A stretch of DNA of 64,000 nt. Source: Thermoplasmata archaeon (GTDB lineage Archaea > Thermoplasmatota > E2 > JACPAO01 > JAHFTW01). Both the position numbers and the translations under genes were made by a program. The notes beneath the pieces were generated by a model, which made no database searches, was not told the origin of the DNA, and was given only the letters and a program-made list of their open reading frames with translations. Positions 58,301-64,000 of the stretch are shown here, one piece after another; position 1 is the stretch's first letter; each line of letters starts with the position of its first letter. The stretch covers positions 96,001-160,000 of the forward strand of contig JAXDQS010000003.1 in NCBI GenBank assembly GCA_034667725.1, in the 5' to 3' direction.

Positions 58301-61300
58301 CGCCATCACGGCGACCCTGACGCAGTTCAGCGGCTCCGGCAAGTCCACCGTGCGCGCCTCCGGCTCCGTGGACCACGACCGCATCGGCCCCGGCGCCGCC
58401 ACCGTGCAGGTCCGCCTCGTCGGCGACGACTCGCTTGGCAACACGGCCACGAACACGCAGTCGCGCACCTTCCCCGCCGGGAGCGGCAGCGTGGCCACGT
58501 CGGCCTTCGACTACGAGCTCGACCTCGACGCCGCGCCCACCCTCCATCTCACGGCAGACTCAGGCACCACCCTGGCGGAAGTGTCGGAAGGCAACAACTT
58601 CGTGGAGACCCCCTTCACGCTCTCCACCTTCGCCGACGTCTACGCCGCCGCCACGGACGCCACGTCCTACGCCTTCGGCGCGCCGGTCAGCGTGACCTTC
58701 ACCATCAAGGACATCGCCCCCTTCGGCACCACCGTCGGCGTCGCGTGGGAGCTGGTGGACCCGGCCGGCACCACCATCGTGGAGGGCTCGACCATCCGGT
58801 CCATCGGCCTCTTCTCGCCCTACACCGCAACCAAGGTCCTGACGGCGCCCGTCTCCGGCCTGGTCGGCGACGGCTGGAAGGTCCGCGTCACGGCCAACTA
58901 CGACCGCGTCGAGATTCCCGTCAGCCTGGGGCCCGACTTCCGCGTCGACGCCTACGACCTGCGCGCCCACGTCATCACGCCCGGCGCCCCCGGCGTCCCC
59001 GCGGTGTTCGCGCCCGACGCCACCATCTACTACCAGACCGTGGGCCCCGGCCCCGCCTCGCTGGCCGTCACCGCCAGCGTCGTGCAGGGCGGCGTCGTCA
59101 CGGACAGCACCTCCGCGACCGTCTCGGTCCCGGCCGGCACCGGCACCATGGTCCTGCCGCCGCTGTCGCTCAGCGTCGACCTGACCGACATCGCGTACCT
59201 GCGCGTCGAGCTCGACCCGGCCAACGCCATCGCCGAGCGCAGCGAAGCCAACAACGTCGCGGAGCGCGAGCTGGACCCCGTCCCCACCGTGGAGTCGGTG
59301 GCCACCAAGTACGGCGACGTCTTCGTCGCGAACCAGGAAATCCCCAACACCTTCTCGCTGCCCCCGTACAAGCCGTCGGTGGACGATTTCTTCACCTCGG
59401 CCACGCACGAGCCGGGTATCGGCGAGATCACCTACGTGACCTACGAGGTCGTGGACCTGGACACCGCCGTCGCCGTGGTGACCCTGGACAGCACCGCCGG
59501 CAGCGACGCCTCCTGGGAGAAGCTCTACGACCCCAGCACGCTCGACGCCGGCCACTACAAGGCGCAGGCCACGGCGCACACCGACCTCGGCGGCGTCTCG
59601 CCGACCGTGGACGGCCCGTCCTTCTGGGTCGCCGAGCCGCCGGTCATGATCAACTACATCGGCCTGCTGGGCATCCCCCTGTTCCAGCCGAACTCACCCC
59701 GCGAGACGGACACGGCGCGCGAGCTGGTCTATTGGGGCGACTTTGGGCTTGAGTTCGAATGGGACCCTATCGAGGAGACCGCCGCCACCATTGCCATGAA
59801 GAAGTACGGCCTGTGCGGGGAGGCGTCCACTGCCAAGCCGGTCCATTTCAACTTCGAGATGAACCTCGAGCATGAGATGTCGTCCCTGGACACCACCTGG
59901 GAAGGCGGGTTCGCCATGGGCGGCCAGCTCAAGGCGTTCTTCCTGCCCAAGCCCGTTGGCGGCAAGGCGCCCATTTCGCTCTCCGGCGAGGTGGACATCG
60001 AGTGGGAGTTCGAGAACGGCGAGTTCAGCTATGACTCCGCGACCATCGGCGTCGCCGCCGAAATCTCGTTCAGCTGCGAGATCAGCAAATTCATCTACAG
60101 CATGATTCCAGGCATCGGTCAGGTCCTCGCCTACCTCAACATCGTGGGCCTTGGCGTTGACGCCGGCGGCGGCCTCGACCTCAGCATGACGCTGGACGAG
60201 GACATGGACCCCCTGTTCGACTTCCTGCCGCTGCGCAGCGCGCAGGCCGGCATCACGCTGGAAGGCGGCCTGCACGTCTCGCTCGGCGCCACCGATTGGG
60301 CGCGCGCAACGCTGTCCGCCTACGGGCAACTGCTCCGACTCGAAGGCCAGTACGACCGCGTTGAGGACGACTTCTGCATCTCCGAGTTCAGCGTCATAGG
60401 GGAAGGCATGGACCTCGCCCTAAAAGGGGAAATCGACTTCTGGTGGTTCACCGCCGAGAAGACCTTCTGGACGCACACCATCGGCGGCGACGGTCTCTTC
60501 AACTACCAGAACTGCGAGGAGGAAGGCGGCATGGCCCCGATGGCGATGCGCTCGATGGCCCCTGCAGCAGCCCCCTCGCTGCCCGGCGACCTGTTCGAGC
60601 TCATCCCCGGCGCCCAGCCCGCCTCCATGGCGCTGGTGGCCTCGGGCGACGTCCTGGTCGATGGCGCCCCCGGCAACCGCACGGTCGTGAGCCTGGGCAT
60701 CGACGCCCTCGGCAACGTGGTCGTCGTCCATGACGGCGACAACCCCGCGCACGCCACCACCGGCATGCCCGACGTGGCCCAGATCGTCCGCAAGGACGGC
60801 ACCTGGACCTCGGGCTTCGCCACCGGCGGCGCCCGCCTCGACGCGCAGCCGAGCGTGGCCGTCGCCCCCACCGGGCAGGCCGTGGCCGCTTGGATCCAGA
60901 TCGAGCACGACCTGGCCACGACGGACAACCCGTTCGACTACCTCAACCAGACCCGCATCCACGTGGCCTCCCGCGGCCCCTTGGGCGAGTGGACCGTGGA
61001 CGTGCCCGTGTACGCCAACCCCGGCAACACCAGCTTCCAGAGCCGCCCCCGCGTGGTCATGGACAGCAGTGGCACCAAGGCCGCGGTGGCCTGGCTGGAG
61101 CACCCGGACGGCACCTACACCGGCCCGGCCGTGCCGATGCTGGCCATCCTGAACGTCACGGCCCTGGCCACCAAGGTCCCCATCGGGCCGGTCACGACCC
61201 CACCCGTCACTGGCGTGCCCATCTATGACCCGAACCCACTGGTCGGCCAGGTCAACCCCCTGCCTGCCATCAACGTCGGGCCGGTGCACATCCCGTCGGT

Positions 61301-62030
61301 CTGGCTGCCCATCCCGCCGCTGCCCATCGTGGGCGTGCCGGAGATCCCATCCATGGACATCGGCACCGAGGTCCCGGTCGGCTCCCCGCCCACCGGCGGC
61401 CCGGCCGTGGCCCTGGACGCCCCCGGCGCCTACATCGACTCGCCCGACCCCGCCTTCCTGGCCACGGGCGGCCTCGCGGTCGCCTGGTCGAAGATGCACG
61501 CGGACGGCACCAACGCCTCCGTCGAGATGGCGCAGCTCAGCCCGGCCGGCAACTGGACGCACGCCACCGTCGCGGTGTCGGACAACATGCCGATGTCGGC
61601 CCGCCTGACGGTGACCCCGACGGACGCAAGCCTCATCTGGCTCGAGCGGGACTACCGCACGATGTACCCGGTGCAGCGCTCGGTCGGCCTCAGCGTCTCG
61701 CTACCGGCGGACCTGGCCGCCGCCCCGTCGGTGCCCCTCACGGACTACGACAACGAGCAGCCGCGCTTCTACGGCGCCATCCGCGCCGCGACGGCCAGCA
61801 ACGGCACCCGCGCCCTGACCTGGATCGACCCGGCCACCGGAAGCCTCTGGGGCATGCGCTTCACGCCCACCACGGGCGCCGCAGCCATGCAGGAGCCGGC
61901 GGAGATGCTCACGGGCCTCTTCCTGTCGCAGGACGTCGCCTACGACCCCGACAGCGAAGGCTTCCTTGTGGTGGGCGCCGAGTCCGGCAACATGGACGAC
62001 GGCGCGCCCATCCGCCAGGTGACGATGTGA
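55326..62030 (+). CDS. Giant secreted multi-repeat protein (CARDB-like and Ig/MG-like repeats, C-terminal beta-rich region)
   Basis: Open frame of 2262 codons from 55242; signal-like RKRTFGPAILAIVLVVPLLSGAIA after GTG 55326; four E..E.NN motifs; GPD repeat starts at 56970, 57621, 58275, 58929. Confidence 0.88.
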   Translation: MVSVVGARKRTFGPAILAIVLVVPLLSGAIAPHPEPAAPVDERRAALGELLDFVESADARALAQVRDRIAPGPLAAPSLLLHAHGEALRSAMLAALLEAPSDAWSLDEAAFAYQVALRTAAAHAQTELSSSLMADMHDWFEDGTPPASIHVTSPATPSGSAGLPVQPLEAPAKRTASKQANLNGGSPDAPPAHPVTPSTDPPATSAPAAGGGGLGGGGGVGIMSADTWSWVSWQATSTPFCTNCDTSITSGTTVSANMDGWEFNVRTVNVKVRAYDVDVAEGEVDKVFYNGVQIGTLTGSSNTWSITTISVPVSYFQDYGSNSITVTVSPPGYYAEIDYIALEAETNSIITITTPVVTDRTWYDWGESMTVTYTASIGSSFSQNLPVEIYLLDPSGTVQSSYSHRITLSNAASSVQTVTLYVPWSGTRSELWKVDVNPQWSYFTNVKVGLPPADITSLTANARMTWGTTFSWNANIANTYGAAHRVDLRVTLYDPYGSQYGSTQLQSFTLGTGGAARTGSFTLPASGSGYWQVYATVSGDSASTFPLVGPDLTAATADVAVSLASYSGSGLSQLTASGLMRYNTVSSATTAQTSLQIYDYVGHSTSFPETESVGTGTGSAAGSAYTAYVDLDNSPTVTYTVDTGSNVNEAIESNNQATKAFTLSGGTSVTSLTTTASAYAFGDTVSLTFRVQETSGTAQTTGIAWELVNPYGTTVNSGSVITTVSSSTPYVSTRTLAIPSSGVAGTGWQVKVYANYAYRAVSIQVGPDYSVGAADIEATLSSYSGSGLSAIQVRGTEHHAYVGPGSASLSTYIYGYDYAGHTDSQANTLSIPAGSGAVTTPYAFIDLDLDNSPTLEFYADYTGAIQEVSESNNYAAKAFTLSSTSSVYAYSTPDSWYAFGATIPVDIQVRETSGTGKTTGISWELANPSGTIVASGSTIATVSSSTPWSARQYLTAPSSGAVGSGWTVRVSANYDHRSIPVTLGPDLSVDGDAITATLTQFSGSGKSTVRASGSVDHDRIGPGAATVQVRLVGDDSLGNTATNTQSRTFPAGSGSVATSAFDYELDLDAAPTLHLTADSGTTLAEVSEGNNFVETPFTLSTFADVYAAATDATSYAFGAPVSVTFTIKDIAPFGTTVGVAWELVDPAGTTIVEGSTIRSIGLFSPYTATKVLTAPVSGLVGDGWKVRVTANYDRVEIPVSLGPDFRVDAYDLRAHVITPGAPGVPAVFAPDATIYYQTVGPGPASLAVTASVVQGGVVTDSTSATVSVPAGTGTMVLPPLSLSVDLTDIAYLRVELDPANAIAERSEANNVAERELDPVPTVESVATKYGDVFVANQEIPNTFSLPPYKPSVDDFFTSATHEPGIGEITYVTYEVVDLDTAVAVVTLDSTAGSDASWEKLYDPSTLDAGHYKAQATAHTDLGGVSPTVDGPSFWVAEPPVMINYIGLLGIPLFQPNSPRETDTARELVYWGDFGLEFEWDPIEETAATIAMKKYGLCGEASTAKPVHFNFEMNLEHEMSSLDTTWEGGFAMGGQLKAFFLPKPVGGKAPISLSGEVDIEWEFENGEFSYDSATIGVAAEISFSCEISKFIYSMIPGIGQVLAYLNIVGLGVDAGGGLDLSMTLDEDMDPLFDFLPLRSAQAGITLEGGLHVSLGATDWARATLSAYGQLLRLEGQYDRVEDDFCISEFSVIGEGMDLALKGEIDFWWFTAEKTFWTHTIGGDGLFNYQNCEEEGGMAPMAMRSMAPAAAPSLPGDLFELIPGAQPASMALVASGDVLVDGAPGNRTVVSLGIDALGNVVVVHDGDNPAHATTGMPDVAQIVRKDGTWTSGFATGGARLDAQPSVAVAPTGQAVAAWIQIEHDLATTDNPFDYLNQTRIHVASRGPLGEWTVDVPVYANPGNTSFQSRPRVVMDSSGTKAAVAWLEHPDGTYTGPAVPMLAILNVTALATKVPIGPVTTPPVTGVPIYDPNPLVGQVNPLPAINVGPVHIPSVWLPIPPLPIVGVPEIPSMDIGTEVPVGSPPTGGPAVALDAPGAYIDSPDPAFLATGGLAVAWSKMHADGTNASVEMAQLSPAGNWTHATVAVSDNMPMSARLTVTPTDASLIWLERDYRTMYPVQRSVGLSVSLPADLAAAPSVPLTDYDNEQPRFYGAIRAATASNGTRALTWIDPATGSLWGMRFTPTTGAAAMQEPAEMLTGLFLSQDVAYDPDSEGFLVVGAESGNMDDGAPIRQVTM
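56970..59280 (+). repeat. Intragenic tandem repeats of 651-654 nt (217-218 aa)
   Basis: Units begin GPDL/GPDY/GPDL/GPDF; shared AYAFG..V, WELVNP.GT, GW.V.V.ANY. Confidence 0.88.
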
Positions 62031-62040
62031 TGGAGCAGCG

Positions 62041-62727
62041 ATGATTCGGGGGCGCTCCCTTGCAGAAGGCCTCCTGGTGCCGGCGGCCATCGCCTTCGCG
62101 TTCTACCTTTGGAGCCGCCCATCCTGGACGGAGCCTATCCCTGGGTGGGCGCTGGTGGTGGCCGCCATCGTGGCCATCCTTGGCGCGGCCCTGTGGGCAT
62201 CGTGGTTCGGCCCGGCCTTGCGCTGGGCCACCCTCGGCCGGGCCCTCGGCTTCCGCATGGTCGCGGCCTTCCCTGGCGCCCTCGCCCACCCGCTGGTGTG
62301 GCCGAGCTTCGAAGGCATCGTGCAGGGGCGGCGCGTCCGGCTGGACATCCAGGGGATGTCCTCGACGCACGGGGCGTACGGCAAGAGTCCCATCCAGCAG
62401 TCCATCGTCCTGCCCATCGCCACGCGCGTCGAGATGCACGGGGCCATGCGCATGGCACGCCGCCGGAAACCCCCCAAGGGCCTCACCCAAATCTACGCCG
62501 CAGGCCGCACCAAATGGCACGCCTCGGACCCAAGCCTCGCCCCCCGCCTCAAGGGCCTCCTCGACCAGTTGGCCCGCGTGCCCCTGGCCGCCGGCGTGTG
62601 GACCGTCACCGAGGACGGCCGCCGCTTCCTCGTGTACCGAAACTCCTGGGAGCAGCTCGACGAAGCCCGCGCCAAGGCCCTCCTCCCCCTGCTCGCCGCC
62701 ATCGCGGCAGAACTCGAAAAAACCTAG
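62041..62727 (+). CDS. Hypothetical membrane protein (2 N-terminal TM, basic soluble domain)
   Basis: 228-aa ORF 10 nt after giant gene. Confidence 0.65.
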   Translation: MIRGRSLAEGLLVPAAIAFAFYLWSRPSWTEPIPGWALVVAAIVAILGAALWASWFGPALRWATLGRALGFRMVAAFPGALAHPLVWPSFEGIVQGRRVRLDIQGMSSTHGAYGKSPIQQSIVLPIATRVEMHGAMRMARRRKPPKGLTQIYAAGRTKWHASDPSLAPRLKGLLDQLARVPLAAGVWTVTEDGRRFLVYRNSWEQLDEARAKALLPLLAAIAAELEKT

Positions 62728-62739
62728 GAGACCCACCCC

Positions 62740-63564
62740 ATGCACCTGAAGACGGCCGTCCTCGTCCTGCTAGCCCTCGCCATCGTGGCCCCCGTGGCCG
62801 CCCTCCCGCCCCCGCCCGTCGTGGACCCCGCGGCACCCTGCCAAGTGGTCCAGCCGGCCTTCATCGAGACCATCGCCGTCATCCCGGGCGTCCCTATCGA
62901 CATCGTGATGGAAGAGACCGGCGCCTGCGTCTCCCCCGCCGGCGCCTGCGTCTACACCGACAGCGAACTCCTCGACGTCACGCCCTACCTGGGCGCCTGG
63001 CTCGACTCGCACGGCAACGCCACCTGCGGCGCCGCCACCGGCTCCACCTGCGACACCGTGGACCTCCGCGGCAACGGCGGGGCCGTCGAGCCCGGCATCG
63101 CGCACGCCACCACGGCGGACGCACGCCGCTCCTGCGACCGCCTTGTGGCCAGGGCATGCCCCCAGACGGCCGCCCCCCCGGTCTACAGCAGCACCTGCCT
63201 GGGGATCAACGCCATCGGCCTCGGCCCCTACCTGTGCGCCTTCGTGGAGTCGTTCACGGCCTTCGGCGACATCTTCACCCTGTACGCCGAGGCGTGCGAG
63301 ACCCACTACCTCGACGACACCTGCGTGCTTGCATCGACGACGCTGGCAGGCATGGGCATCAGCGCAAAGACCTGCACGCCGGCCGGCTCGACTTGCGCCC
63401 CCACCTCCGTGGACCTCAGCGGCAGCCTGCCGCCGACCAGCTTCGTCGGCTGCATCCCGCTGCCCCACCCCTGCGTCCAGGAGGCCTTGGACTTCATCAC
63501 GGCAAGCGGGCCGGCGCCGCTGTGCGACGCCAACGGCGACGGCATCCCCGACTACGTGGCATAG
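62740..63564 (+). CDS. Secreted Cys-rich protein with terminal DxxGDGIPD calcium-binding-like motif
   Basis: Signal peptide MHLKTAVLVLLALAIVAPVAA; 16 Cys; ends CDANGDGIPDYVA; AGGAG upstream. Confidence 0.78.
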   Translation: MHLKTAVLVLLALAIVAPVAALPPPPVVDPAAPCQVVQPAFIETIAVIPGVPIDIVMEETGACVSPAGACVYTDSELLDVTPYLGAWLDSHGNATCGAATGSTCDTVDLRGNGGAVEPGIAHATTADARRSCDRLVARACPQTAAPPVYSSTCLGINAIGLGPYLCAFVESFTAFGDIFTLYAEACETHYLDDTCVLASTTLAGMGISAKTCTPAGSTCAPTSVDLSGSLPPTSFVGCIPLPHPCVQEALDFITASGPAPLCDANGDGIPDYVA

Positions 63565-63746
63565 CCAAACGCACCCATGCCCAGCCGCCGCGCCTCCCGT
63601 CGTGCGCCTTTCATGCCGATGGCTTGCGCAGCCTCTTTTAAGGGGACCCGAGTCCGAGCGTCGGCCCCGGGCGCTGCTCACGCGGCGGCCGAGGCCGCCG
63701 CTGGCCTGTTTCAGCACGCTGAACCTTATGCCGGTGGGCGCATCTT

Positions 63747-63819
63747 GCCGCCTTAGCTTAGCTGGTGGAGCATCAGACTGTTAATCTGAGGGTCGTTGGT
63801 TCGAATCCGACAGGCGGCG
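63747..63819 (+). tRNA. tRNA-Asn (anticodon GTT)
   Basis: GCCGCCT/AGGCGGC acceptor, TCAGA-CTGTTAA-TCTGA anticodon arm, GGTTCGAATCC T-loop. Confidence 0.95.
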
Positions 63820-63940
63820 CTACCGAAGCCCTGCGGCCGCGCTGCGCGCGCCGCAAGGGCTGGTGCGACGGCCTATGGGATTCGTGGGTTGCGGCCCGCG
63901 CCGGGGGAAGCCCCTTCGCTGCGCTCGGGGCGTCCCTCGC

Positions 63941-63959
63941 CGAATCCGACAAGCGGCGC
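63941..63959 (+). repeat. Direct repeat of tRNA-Asn 3' end (att-like)
   Basis: CGAATCCGACAAGCGGCGC vs CGAATCCGACAGGCGGCGC at 63802-63820 (18/19 identical). Confidence 0.75.
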
Positions 63960-64000
63960 AAACGTGGGAAGGCCTATCCTTGCGCGTCCGGTCGCGGCGG

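Noticed and set aside
55634-59752. Long alternative-frame and antisense ORFs (e.g. 55634..59752, 48712..50900 part, 43479..46280, 8101..10635)
   Set aside because: Arg/Pro/Gly-rich shadow ORFs expected at very high GC; they overlap well-supported genes.
55131-63746. Classical tRNA-integrated genomic island between tRNA-Leu and tRNA-Asn
   Set aside because: The block lies at the 5' side of both tRNAs, with no integrase or flanking att repeats, and most of it has host-like codon usage.

Overview
Very GC-rich archaeal chromosomal DNA. Archaeal markers are Dph2, a METTL5-type methylase, MfnA, archaeal-type HPRT, the HxlA-RraA fusion, class III signal-peptide pilins with a FlaI/TadA-type ATPase, CCA-less tRNAs, and TATA boxes 21-25 nt before start codons. 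A high-GC Thermoplasmatota lineage is my inference. The window holds about 60 CDS and 2 tRNAs (Leu-TAA, Asn-GTT). It carries a PAS histidine kinase/7TM/receiver signalling cluster, a type IV pilus locus with three large pilin-adhesins, scattered LeuC/LeuD/LeuB-family genes, many Sec lipoprotein hydrolases, two ABC exporters, a SNF2 helicase, an acyl-CoA desaturase, and a ~2,230-aa secreted protein built of 217-218-aa repeats. I found no CRISPR array, transposase or integrase. The most striking unexplained structure is a dispersed family of modular, relatively AT-rich palindromic repeats (four loci, three of them between convergent genes) whose units occur in shuffled order. Other points of note are a frameshift fusing two tandem S15/CocE lipoprotein genes, a probable CTG start codon, lower-GC secreted-protein/lipoprotein gene pairs, and a duplicated tRNA-Asn 3' end. 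All family calls come from motif recognition by eye, not database searches.
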